Positions 1 through 9,127 of a DNA stretch of 64,000 nt are shown here, in pieces. Position numbers and translations under genes: made by a program. How positions within the stretch are numbered: position 1 is the stretch's first letter; each line of letters begins with the position of its first letter. The notes beneath the pieces were generated by a model. That model had not been told where the DNA came from and did not search any database. It saw nothing but the letters and a program-made list of their open reading frames with translations. Source of the stretch: Tubiluchus corallicola (lineage: Eukaryota; Animalia; Priapulida); NCBI GenBank assembly GCA_030141605.1, contig JAQGDQ010000440.1, positions 123,550-187,549 on the forward strand, written 5' to 3'.

Positions 1-40
1 ATATGTTTTACAAAGCTCCTAATATGTCTCTGGTATGCCT

Positions 41-418
41 CTACCACCCCTTCAAGCGGTCTATTTCACGGCGCTCTTTTTTTGTTGGCCTTCCGGCACC
101 TTTACTCCTGCCAAACCCTTTCATATATCTGTGCATCTCCTTTATCTCCATCTCCTTCCCAGAGGTAACATCCACCATATAATTATGCACCAGCTTTGCC
201 CCCACCCGCTTTTGAACTATCTCCTTAACAAGGTATGAGTAGGTTACAGGACTCTTTTTAACACTTATTGTCTCCCCTTTTCTTACTGCTCTCGATGATT
301 TCACCGCTACGCCTCCAACAAAAACATACCCCTTTTTGCAGGCCTCTGACGCCAGACTCCTCGTTTTAAACACCCTTACTGCCCACAACCATCTATCTAT
401 TCGAACAGAATCATCCAC
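41..418 (-). CDS. hslR: Ribosome-associated heat shock protein Hsp15 (S4-like RNA-binding)
   Basis: RIDRWLWAVRVFKTRSLA S4 motif; C-terminal GRPTKKERR. Confidence 0.9.
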   Translation of the reverse strand: MDDSVRIDRWLWAVRVFKTRSLASEACKKGYVFVGGVAVKSSRAVRKGETISVKKSPVTYSYLVKEIVQKRVGAKLVHNYMVDVTSGKEMEIKEMHRYMKGFGRSKGAGRPTKKERREIDRLKGW

Positions 419-434
419 CCTATCTCATAATAAA

Positions 435-998
435 TTACTTGTTATTATACGCACTCATAGTTCTTTGTGCTCCTATTGTTCCAAAAGATTTTATTATATC
501 TATACAAATATCTATACGCTTTGACACAAGACTCTCCTCTTCAGCAGTCCACTCCCCCAGCACATAATTTACCTGCTGGCCTTTGAAGAAATCATCGCCT
601 ATACCAAACCTCAACCGGGCATAGGACTGGCTGCATAGAACCTGTTCAATACTCTTTAGCCCATTATGCCCGGCACTGCTACCTTTCTCACGCAAACGAA
701 TACTCCCCAGCGGCAACGCCAAATCATCTACAATAATAAGTATCTTTTCAATTGGGACCTTCTCTTTTTGCATCCAGTAATTAACAGCACGCCCACTCAA
801 ATTCATATAGGTAGATGGCTTAAGAAGAATAAACCTCCGCCCGGCATGCTTCATCTCTGCAATGAAACCATACCGCCTGTCATCAAAAGAAACATCAAAC
901 TTTTTTGCAAGAGCATCCAATACTTTAAACCCAATATTGTGCCTAGTGTTTTGATACTTCTCCCCGATATTTCCCAGTCCAACTATCAGGTATTTCAA
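435..998 (-). CDS. pth: Peptidyl-tRNA hydrolase
   Basis: LIVGLGNIG..Y..TRHNIGF, KPSTYMNLSG and GHNGLKSI motifs. Confidence 0.97.
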   Translation of the reverse strand: MKYLIVGLGNIGEKYQNTRHNIGFKVLDALAKKFDVSFDDRRYGFIAEMKHAGRRFILLKPSTYMNLSGRAVNYWMQKEKVPIEKILIIVDDLALPLGSIRLREKGSSAGHNGLKSIEQVLCSQSYARLRFGIGDDFFKGQQVNYVLGEWTAEEESLVSKRIDICIDIIKSFGTIGAQRTMSAYNNK

Positions 999-1045
999 AG
1001 CAATATGTTTTATGAAACAGAGAGTGTCTTAAGGGAGCCTACTTT

Positions 1046-1684
1046 TTACTTCTCCTCTGTGGACTCTTCGCTATCACCATCCTCCACTACAGCTTCTTCC
1101 ATTGTTGCTGCTTCTTCTTCTTCACTTTGGGCTGCACGTGCAGCACGGGTTATCGTTACTGAAGCAATAGGAACAGTAGGAGTATTTAGCACTTCAAGCC
1201 CCTTGACAGACACATCCGCAACACGAATACTATCACCAAGAGCGAGACCCGATACATCAAGAACAATTTCGTCCGGCAAGTCTTTTGCAAGTGCTCTAAC
1301 TGTTAATTTTCGTAAGTTATAATTCAATTCTCCACCCTGTCTTATCCCCTCCGCATATCCATCTAAACGAACCGGTATATCAATCTTGATTGGTTTATCT
1401 TCAGAGATATGGAGAAAATCAATATGTAATATCTTTTCCGTGACCGGATGAAACTGTATATCCTGCATAATACCATTATAAACGGTACCATCAATATCAA
1501 TCTTTAAAAGATACACACGAGATGTGTAGATAATCTTTCTAAACTCTTTCTCCAAAGCCTGAAAATGAATGACCTTCTCTCCACCGTAAAGTACACACGG
1601 TACAATCCCTGTATTCCTCAGCCTTTTTGTATCTTTCTTACCAACTGTTTTACGAACAGAACCTTTAATTTCAAAAACTTTCAT
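1046..1684 (-). CDS. rplY: 50S ribosomal protein L25/Ctc
   Basis: VPCVLYGG, IQFHPV..ILHIDF; acidic tail; prs-rplY-pth order. Confidence 0.96.
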   Translation of the reverse strand: MKVFEIKGSVRKTVGKKDTKRLRNTGIVPCVLYGGEKVIHFQALEKEFRKIIYTSRVYLLKIDIDGTVYNGIMQDIQFHPVTEKILHIDFLHISEDKPIKIDIPVRLDGYAEGIRQGGELNYNLRKLTVRALAKDLPDEIVLDVSGLALGDSIRVADVSVKGLEVLNTPTVPIASVTITRAARAAQSEEEEAATMEEAVVEDGDSEESTEEK

Positions 1685-1794
1685 CTTACCAAATTTAATT
1701 GAATTGCATATAAGTGTTTACTCAGACTCGCCAGTCCCTATGGGACGGTATCCGCATCGCACCATAAATGGAGGTATGCTGCAAAATCAGGTTG

Positions 1795-1802
1795 CAAATG
1801 TA
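1795..1802 (-). promoter_or_regulatory. Bacteroidota primary-sigma -7 box (TACATTTG) upstream of rplY
   Basis: Matches TAnnTTTG, about 110 nt before the rplY start. Confidence 0.6.
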
Positions 1803-1809
1803 ATGAATT

Positions 1810-2745
1810 TTATATGAATGCAGTACTAATAGACTGATTTTTATAGACCCTTTTGATCACATCGCCAAAAAGTCCGGCGCAGGAAAGAACTTTAATCTTT
1901 TCACTTGAATACCTCAGAGGAATTGAATCAGTACAATACACTGTGTCAATACCTGATTCATCTATTCTTTCGTATGCAGGACTAGATAAAATCGGGTGAG
2001 TAGCAAATACACTTACAGACCTGGCACCATACTCCTTCATTATGTTAGCAGCTTTGGTAACTGTTCCAGCAGTATCAATAATGTCGTCTATCATTATTAC
2101 ATCTTTATCTTTGACATCACCTATTAAGGTCATACTATCCACAAAATTAGCCTTACTCCTTGATTTATGACAGATAACCATATCCGCCCCCAAATGCTTC
2201 GCAAATATATTAGCTCGCTTTGTCCCTCCCACATCAGGAGAGGCAACAACAATATCTTTAAGTCCCATATTTTGTATGTGAGGAATAAATATAGCCGAAG
2301 CTGTCAGGTGATCTACTGGCACATTGAAAAAACCCTGAATCTGACCAGCATGCAAATCCATTGTAATCAGCCTGTCAATACCAGACATTGAAAGCATATC
2401 GGCTATAAGTTTTGCACCTATAGATACCCTCGGTTTATCTTTGTGGTCCTGCCTCGCATATCCAAAGTAGGGTATCACAGTAATCACTTTATATGCCGAT
2501 GCACGTCTTGCTGCATCAACCATTAAAAGCAGCTCCAATAAATTGTCAGCAGGCGAAAATGTCGACTGAACAATAAATGTGTGATCTCCCCTGATTGTCT
2601 CTTCATAGTGCGGCTCAAGCTCTCCATCCGAAAAACGAGCACAAAAAGACTTCCCCAACTTTATTCCTGACTCTTTTGATATTCTCTCTGCAAGATAACG
2701 ACTCCCTGATCCTGCAAATAACTTGATAGAATTATTTATGACCAT
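1810..2745 (-). CDS. prs: Ribose-phosphate pyrophosphokinase
   Basis: FSDGE, PYFGYARQD, DLHAGQIQGFF, DDIIDTAGT motifs. Confidence 0.97.
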   Translation of the reverse strand: MVINNSIKLFAGSGSRYLAERISKESGIKLGKSFCARFSDGELEPHYEETIRGDHTFIVQSTFSPADNLLELLLMVDAARRASAYKVITVIPYFGYARQDHKDKPRVSIGAKLIADMLSMSGIDRLITMDLHAGQIQGFFNVPVDHLTASAIFIPHIQNMGLKDIVVASPDVGGTKRANIFAKHLGADMVICHKSRSKANFVDSMTLIGDVKDKDVIMIDDIIDTAGTVTKAANIMKEYGARSVSVFATHPILSSPAYERIDESGIDTVYCTDSIPLRYSSEKIKVLSCAGLFGDVIKRVYKNQSISTAFI

Positions 2746-3011
2746 TTATAAACTTGTTTGTCTTTTTATTTCCACTTACCATAATATACATAACTGTAGT
2801 TTGTGTAAAAGTAAACGTTGAGTTATAAACACAAGCCAAATTTACAAAAAATACCAAGCCTGCGAAAATGGCATAAAGCGTACTGGGGCTATTATACCAT
2901 AGAATACACCTACCTCTAAACTGCAAGTCTCACAGGCTTAACTTATTTCCTTAAGGAGACAAAGACTAATAAAAATAGCATTTTTTTAAGTCATAAACTC
3001 TTCCTTACATT

Positions 3012-4205
3012 TTATACTATCTTGCTCGGGTCAACAACAACATACTTGATAGATCGCTCGGTTTCGCTGGTACGATATGAATAAGTAATATGAAGCAATC
3101 CATCATCTGTCTGTATCATAGCTGGATATGAATAGTTGCTACCCTCATTAGGGTTATCATTTTCCAGATACTTTTTCCATTCCCATGTCTCTCCCTCATC
3201 ATCAGAGACGTAAAGCGCTACACGATACCTTCCATCAGGAATATCATTTCCCAGCAGGGCCCAGCGCCCATCTTGCAGCACAATCACCTCTACGCTGGCT
3301 GTATTTGGAATGTCCGTTTTCACCGAATAGCTCCAGGATTCACCACTGTCCTTTGACACGCTTTTGTGTATCCGTGGCGGAGCATCTCCACTATCCCTCA
3401 TATGTGCCACAATATCCCCATTTTTACGCACAGCAAGAGCAGGTTGAATAGGGCCTCTTCCTACAATAGGTTTACTTGGCCTCCATGTCTCACCATCATC
3501 ATCAGAAATAGCACATATAGATAGATTATATCCATCAGAATAGAGGGGCAGTATAATCTTGCCATCACTTAATATTTCCGGCTGAATTCGTGTCATCCAG
3601 CCAATGCTTCGAAATACCTGGTTTTTACTTGCCTTCTTTATCATATTGTCGTATAGAGGCGCATACTCTGCCCAACCATGGCGAAGCTTTGGCATATCTG
3701 AAAACTGCTTCTCTATCTCATCTGCAAACTCATCTCCTGGCTTGATAAGTATGTTGTCCTGCCACTCCCAGATCGGGGCTCCTTGCTTCTTATAGTTCAT
3801 TGTTGTTCGTGTCCTTAGGATAGAACTCTCCCAGCGGTTACCCTGCACTGCAATCCAAACTAGGAACAACTTACCTTTATTGTTCAGGAAAAGTACGGGA
3901 TTACAGTCTGGAATCCCGGGAGTATCAGCCATAACAAACGGCTCACTCCACTGCTTACCGCCCTTTCTTAAACGTGCACCCATAATTCGCACATCATCTG
4001 ATTTACGCTCACCACTACCCTGAAACCACGCAACAAGCAAATCACCATTAGGCAAAGCTACAATACTGCTACCGTGCGAATGCTCATGTTGTGGAGTAAA
4101 AACAAGCTCCTCTCTCACAATAGAAGTGTGGCTCTCTTTTTTATTCCCAATCCCTGTAAAAGGAGTAACGAGCAATACGACTAATAATAGTTGTTGTTTT
4201 TTCAT
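3012..4205 (-). CDS. Secreted BNR/Asp-box beta-propeller, sialidase-like glycosidase
   Basis: Signal peptide; Asp boxes SDDDGETW, SKDSGESW, SDDEGETW; YSYP near C-terminus. Confidence 0.8.
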   Translation of the reverse strand: MKKQQLLLVVLLVTPFTGIGNKKESHTSIVREELVFTPQHEHSHGSSIVALPNGDLLVAWFQGSGERKSDDVRIMGARLRKGGKQWSEPFVMADTPGIPDCNPVLFLNNKGKLFLVWIAVQGNRWESSILRTRTTMNYKKQGAPIWEWQDNILIKPGDEFADEIEKQFSDMPKLRHGWAEYAPLYDNMIKKASKNQVFRSIGWMTRIQPEILSDGKIILPLYSDGYNLSICAISDDDGETWRPSKPIVGRGPIQPALAVRKNGDIVAHMRDSGDAPPRIHKSVSKDSGESWSYSVKTDIPNTASVEVIVLQDGRWALLGNDIPDGRYRVALYVSDDEGETWEWKKYLENDNPNEGSNYSYPAMIQTDDGLLHITYSYRTSETERSIKYVVVDPSKIV

Positions 4206-4326
4206 CTGTTTGTTAATTTAAAGTTCAATTATCGAATGGAATTGCGTAGCGTTAAATAGTCGTTATTCTCCTATTTATAAAAATATTAGATTATAAATTA
4301 CTTTTCTAAAACAAATTATTAACTAT

Positions 4327-6267
4327 TTAGAAATCACTACCTTTCTCTATGTCTTTTACACACCTGAATCCTACGGGGTAGCCACTTTGCTTTACATCAG
4401 GTTTCAAGTAATAGCGATGGGAGCAACGCTGCATACTGGGATCAGCAACATGAAAAGCTCCTCTTATTACTTTATATTTTTCCCCATAGGCTATACTGGG
4501 AATATTATTGCCAGGGTATGGTTTATACCAGTCCGCTGTCCACTCCCACACCCCACCAGCCATCCAGTAAGCTCCATAAGGGCTTTTCCCTGCACGCCAT
4601 GCCGCCTCTTCAGCTATCCCATCCGGCTCAGTAAAACTCATATCATGAAAATTCCCCCATGGATAACGCCTACCATCTATCCCCCGTGCTGCCTTTTCCC
4701 ACTCAGCTTCAGTAGGCAAACGCTTACCCACCCACTCGGCATAAGCTGCCGCCTCCTCCCAGCTAATATTGACCACAGGCTTATCAGGGTATCCCCACAG
4801 ATTTTTATTTAACTTCTCGTCAACCCCATCAAAATTATACCCATGTGCTGCCTTAAATTCTGCATATTGAGTATTCGTTACCTCAAAGCGATCTATGTAG
4901 AAATCGCTCACATAAACTCTCCGCTGTGGCTTTTCATCATCATCCCCTATCTCACTTCCCATAATAAACTCCCCCGCAGGAACATATACCATTCCCTCGT
5001 ATATGTCCGGCTTAGGTTTTGCCCACTCAGGAGGAGTACCATCCCCCAACGTATTATCTGCATTAAGTAACTTATGGTACCTGGCCATCCAATATGTCCA
5101 AATATAAACCTGTGAAGGCTCCATCCATGTACCAGCAACATGCTCTGTACCGTTTCCTTTTCGCAATTGCTGATCAAGATCTCTCCTCCACGCCCCATCC
5201 CAGTTTTTCATCAACTCAATAGAGTATTCGTTAAAACCATTCTCTTCGGGAACATAATGTTTATATGTAATCATAAGATTAAGGTGCTTTACCGGCTTCT
5301 CTTTTAGCCAGTAACGCTCCAGTGATGCCAGATACATATCCCGCAATACAGCATCATCCTCATACTTCAACAATATGTATATACCCTTCATAAAATGACC
5401 TGTATCCCATGGAACATACGGAGGCTTATAAAGAGCTGCCATAACTGCATCTCTTATATAATTGTGCTCATATATTAACTCCAGATATCGCTTTTGATAT
5501 TTTTCATCCTCTGTGATGTAATAAGCCGACTTTAACAGGAAAAGCCCCAGAAGAGAGTTTAAGTTCTCATGCTCCAACTTCGGGCTAAAGTTTCCCCAAA
5601 GCGTCATTTTCCCATCAACATCAACAATACGCATTCCGCTTTCTAAAACCCTATTCATAACTCTCTCTACCCATACTTTCACCCGCTCTTTATGAATCTC
5701 GTCAGCAACCAAATCGTAATATATAGACAGCCCGTATATTAGGTTTGAATAAGTATCTGAGCTGGGATCACCAAGCCAGCGATAGCCAGACATAGAGGTC
5801 GATTGATGCCACTCCATGGGGAAAAAAAACCAATCCTCATGGCGTTGAGGCTCGTCTGATTTATTAAAACTACGGGCAACACATCCATCAACTCCAGTAA
5901 CTCTCTCAAGAATCTCAATAGCTGCAAAAGTCTCATCTGCCCACTTTTTAACCTCACTACTACCTGTTACGGCATACTGAAAGCTCAGCGCTGCCAAATA
6001 CTGGCCTGTCCTGTTACCCCCATCCTCCTGATGTGCAGAGGAAAGATCAAGATTGCCCGCTGGAGGAAGTAGTACACGAGGCATCACAAGGCCATATTGG
6101 CGGTTATTCTCAAACAAGTCCTGCCGAAGCCATTCGGCTTTGACTCCTAAATCATCATGTCCCGGATATGGATACTCATTAACAGGTGGTTTATCTTGAG
6201 ATTTCCCTGCTAAAGCATATGCAACAATCAGGATAGAGAATATGACTGCTCTTGAAGAACACTCCAT
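4327..6267 (-). CDS. Secreted protein: uncharacterised N-terminal domain plus C-terminal FGE-sulfatase (SUMF1/EgtB/PvdO-like) domain
   Basis: FIMGS, EVTNTQY, RLPTEAEWEKAARG, GGVWEW, GFRC in the last ~230 aa. Confidence 0.8.
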   Translation of the reverse strand: MECSSRAVIFSILIVAYALAGKSQDKPPVNEYPYPGHDDLGVKAEWLRQDLFENNRQYGLVMPRVLLPPAGNLDLSSAHQEDGGNRTGQYLAALSFQYAVTGSSEVKKWADETFAAIEILERVTGVDGCVARSFNKSDEPQRHEDWFFFPMEWHQSTSMSGYRWLGDPSSDTYSNLIYGLSIYYDLVADEIHKERVKVWVERVMNRVLESGMRIVDVDGKMTLWGNFSPKLEHENLNSLLGLFLLKSAYYITEDEKYQKRYLELIYEHNYIRDAVMAALYKPPYVPWDTGHFMKGIYILLKYEDDAVLRDMYLASLERYWLKEKPVKHLNLMITYKHYVPEENGFNEYSIELMKNWDGAWRRDLDQQLRKGNGTEHVAGTWMEPSQVYIWTYWMARYHKLLNADNTLGDGTPPEWAKPKPDIYEGMVYVPAGEFIMGSEIGDDDEKPQRRVYVSDFYIDRFEVTNTQYAEFKAAHGYNFDGVDEKLNKNLWGYPDKPVVNISWEEAAAYAEWVGKRLPTEAEWEKAARGIDGRRYPWGNFHDMSFTEPDGIAEEAAWRAGKSPYGAYWMAGGVWEWTADWYKPYPGNNIPSIAYGEKYKVIRGAFHVADPSMQRCSHRYYLKPDVKQSGYPVGFRCVKDIEKGSDF

Positions 6268-6379
6268 TAAATGCTATGCTTAAAATTAACTTAAAATTAT
6301 CCTTCTCAAATATAAGTATTTTATCAAATAGTTTAACCCGGCAATAGGACTATATAATTGTAAATTAAAATCATATTAA

Positions 6380-6505
6380 GAGACCTATGTGAGGCAAAGC
6401 ATCTTTGGTTTAGATTGGAGGAGAAATTGATAAAAAGCCACTCCTTACCAGTACAAATGAGGATTTTAATGAAGTCATTAAAAAAATGAGCTTTGCAAAG
6501 ATTTC
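6380..6505 (+). repeat. Family A intergenic hairpin/MITE-like element (short variant)
   Basis: gagacctatgtgaggc...gagctttgcaaagatttc; shared internal motifs. Confidence 0.8.
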
Positions 6506-6639
6506 GTTAAAATATTTGTGAGCTTACAACACCGAAGCAATGAGAATATTATTGGGGAAACATAAACCTTGAGTAGTAAATCTATATCTTTGGAGCAATT
6601 ACCGGATACTTTATATTTTTGGAAGCTGAATAATGAAGT

Positions 6640-6781
6640 GAAGCTTTTACAAGACAAAGGACTCTGGTCAAGGTTAAATAAAAAACCCGATAAAAAAACA
6701 CAGCTTAATAGCATAAATGAGAATTTCTAAAGGGAATCTCAATGAAAATATTAATAAAAAGATGAGTTTTGCAAAAGTCTC
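6640..6781 (+). repeat. Family A element
   Basis: gaagcttttacaagac...aatattaataaaaagatgagttttgcaaaagtctc; ends 18 bp before trpS. Confidence 0.85.
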
Positions 6782-6799
6782 TAAGTATAAAAGAGTTTT

Positions 6800-7801
6800 A
6801 TGAATAAAATATCAACAGTTGTAAGTGGGATTCGCTCAACAGGGAACCTGCATTTGGGGAACTACTTTGGAGCAATAAAGAATTTTATAAAAATGCAGGA
6901 GAGTTATAATTGCTTTTTCTTTATTGCAGACTACCATTCATTAACAACACACCCCGCTCCCGAGCACCTGCATCAGAGTGTAAAGCAGGTGCTTGCTGAA
7001 TACTTAGCATGTGGTATTGACCCCGAAGCATCTACAATATTTGTGCAAAGTGATGTCCCGGAAATACCGGAGCTATATTTGCTATTAAATATGAACGCCT
7101 ACCTGGGAGAACTTGAACGTACCACTTCATTTAAAGATAAGGCACGCCAACAGCCCAATAACGTAAACGCAGGACTTCTCACATACCCTGTTCTTATGGG
7201 CGCAGATATTATCATCCATAAAGCAAACTTTGTTCCGGTAGGAAAAGACCAGGAACAAAACCTTGAAATATCCCGAAAATTAGCACGGCGTTTTAACCGC
7301 ATATACAAGACAGAACTGTTTCCCATACCGCGCCCGTTCACTTTTGACGGAACCGATATGGTTAAAATACCCGGACTTGATGGCTCCGGCAAAATGGGGA
7401 AATCAGAAGGAAACGCTATAGCTCTGGCAGAAGATCCGAAAAGTATAAGGAAAAAAGTAATGCGAGCTGTTACAGACTCGGGACCCCAGGAAGCAAACCA
7501 AGAAAAGCCGGAAGCAATACAGAATCTTTTTTATCTAATGAAAACTGTGTCAACACCTGACACAGTAACCCACTTTGAAAATGCTTATAACAACTGTACA
7601 ATACGTTACGGTGATATGAAAAAACAACTGGCAGAAGATATTATCAACTTTACATCTCCCATCAGAGAAAAAATACTGGACATACAAAACGATAACGAAT
7701 ACTTGGGAAAAGTGGCAAGAATAGGTGCGGAGAAGGCTCGCGAATCCGCTTCTAAAACACTAAAAGAGGTGAGGGAGATTATAGGGTTTCGGCATTTTTG
7801 A
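6800..7801 (+). CDS. trpS: Tryptophan--tRNA ligase
   Basis: HLGN (HIGH-like), VPVGKDQ, KMGKS (KMSKS-like). Confidence 0.97.
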   Translation: MNKISTVVSGIRSTGNLHLGNYFGAIKNFIKMQESYNCFFFIADYHSLTTHPAPEHLHQSVKQVLAEYLACGIDPEASTIFVQSDVPEIPELYLLLNMNAYLGELERTTSFKDKARQQPNNVNAGLLTYPVLMGADIIIHKANFVPVGKDQEQNLEISRKLARRFNRIYKTELFPIPRPFTFDGTDMVKIPGLDGSGKMGKSEGNAIALAEDPKSIRKKVMRAVTDSGPQEANQEKPEAIQNLFYLMKTVSTPDTVTHFENAYNNCTIRYGDMKKQLAEDIINFTSPIREKILDIQNDNEYLGKVARIGAEKARESASKTLKEVREIIGFRHF

Positions 7802-7942
7802 AACTTAAAAATAACAGGCACTTTAAAAAGTTTCCACAACTTTTAAGCGCTCATACAACTTGTCTCAAAACGCACATGGCGATAAAAGATCAATCACATA
7901 AAGAATCATACACACATCTTGTACATATGATTAAAGTCGCAC

Positions 7943-8320
7943 CTATTTTACCAGCTTCTCATACTCCTCCGCAGACATAAGCCCTCCCAGTTCTGAATCA
8001 TCATCTATCTTAACCTCTATTAGCCAGCCCTCTCCATAAGGGTCTTTATTCACCAACTCAGGGCTGTCTTCAAGCTTTTCATTAACCCCTACTACTTTAC
8101 CGCTTACCGGCATAAAGAGATCTGACACCGTTTTTACAGCTTCAACAGTTCCAAAAACATCCTCTTTGTTCAGAGACTCCCCCATTGTTTCAATTTCAAG
8201 GAAAACAATATCCCCTAGCTCTTTTTGAGCAAAATCTGTAATACCAATACTCACAACATCGCCTTTAACGCGAATCCATTCATGCTCTTTTGTATATTTT
8301 AATTCAGAAGGAATATTCAT
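7943..8320 (-). CDS. gcvH: Glycine cleavage system H protein
   Basis: YTKEHEW, VEAVKTVSD lipoyl motif, DPYGEGW; start moved to MNIPSELK. Confidence 0.95.
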   Translation of the reverse strand: MNIPSELKYTKEHEWIRVKGDVVSIGITDFAQKELGDIVFLEIETMGESLNKEDVFGTVEAVKTVSDLFMPVSGKVVGVNEKLEDSPELVNKDPYGEGWLIEVKIDDDSELGGLMSAEEYEKLVK

Positions 8321-8556
8321 TTTTAAATTATAATTTAATAAAACTACCTGAAATACTGCACGAAACCCTGCCGACAATAATTTCTTATCATCATCGAGTA
8401 TTTATGTTTAATGACGGGTAAAAATATAATAAAAAAAGAGATTTATCACAATTGAGAATTAAAACCAGAAAATTAAGCAAGTAAATAAATATTTTGAGGC
8501 CTAAGCGTGTTAAAAACATCCAGTGCTCAACAACTTAAACTCTTTATAGTATGGTG

Positions 8557-8704
8557 ATGCCTTTTTGCAAAACTCCTCTTTTTATTTATTAATACTTTCA
8601 CCAAAACTATCTTTAAAACCCTTATTTGCGTCAGCAAACTACAGCTTTTTACCAAGCTTTTTCTTCGGCCTAGACCAAATAGTATTTCTCTTTCCAATGG
8701 CCCT
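8557..8704 (-). repeat. Family A element, reverse orientation
   Basis: gcctttttgcaaaactcctctttttatttattaatac... is the reverse complement of the family A right arm. Confidence 0.75.
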
Positions 8705-8809
8705 AATGTTTTAAAGTTATTTAATTTAGATGGATAGTTGCTTCTATTTTCACCATTTTAAGCACAGCTTCACTCAAAATTTAGAATTATATTTGCAGTA
8801 AAACAAAAA

Positions 8810-9106
8810 ATGACGCTTATGGGCATGAAGTTTTTTCATCTGCCAAAAGGCAAACAGTTCCATATCCCCCATCGCTTTCACGATCCCGACAAGGAGGAGA
8901 GAGAAGGCCGCCTAAGGTTAAGGGTGGAGGGAAAAAACAAAAATGATGATGGTGAAAAGTGGGAGTATTCCCCAAAAATAAAAAAAGATCTCCGTGAAGG
9001 CTTTGAACGTTTGCGCTACAAGCAAAAAAGTAAAGCCAAACATAGTATGCTTATATCACTAATAGTAATAGTTTTAGTATTGTTGTTTATCTTTATATTA
9101 TTTTAA
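8810..9106 (+). CDS. Small hypothetical protein with C-terminal membrane anchor
   Basis: Charged N-terminus, one hydrophobic C-terminal helix; TATATTTG box at 8788-8795; directly upstream of mutL. Confidence 0.75.
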   Translation: MTLMGMKFFHLPKGKQFHIPHRFHDPDKEEREGRLRLRVEGKNKNDDGEKWEYSPKIKKDLREGFERLRYKQKSKAKHSMLISLIVIVLVLLFIFILF

Positions 9107-9127
9107 ATAACGAAAACATATCTTACA

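Noticed and set aside
666-1322. 218 aa plus-strand ORF and the other short antisense ORFs in the track
   Set aside because: They overlap well-supported genes on the opposite strand or in another frame and have no recognisable motifs.
2927-2960. gtctc...ccttaaggagac resembles collapsed family B ends
   Set aside because: Too short to distinguish from chance or an ordinary hairpin.
6750-6781. Family A right arm as a portable Bacteroidota promoter
   Set aside because: The end reads GAGYTTTG or AAGCTTTG rather than TAnnTTTG; not supportable without TSS data.
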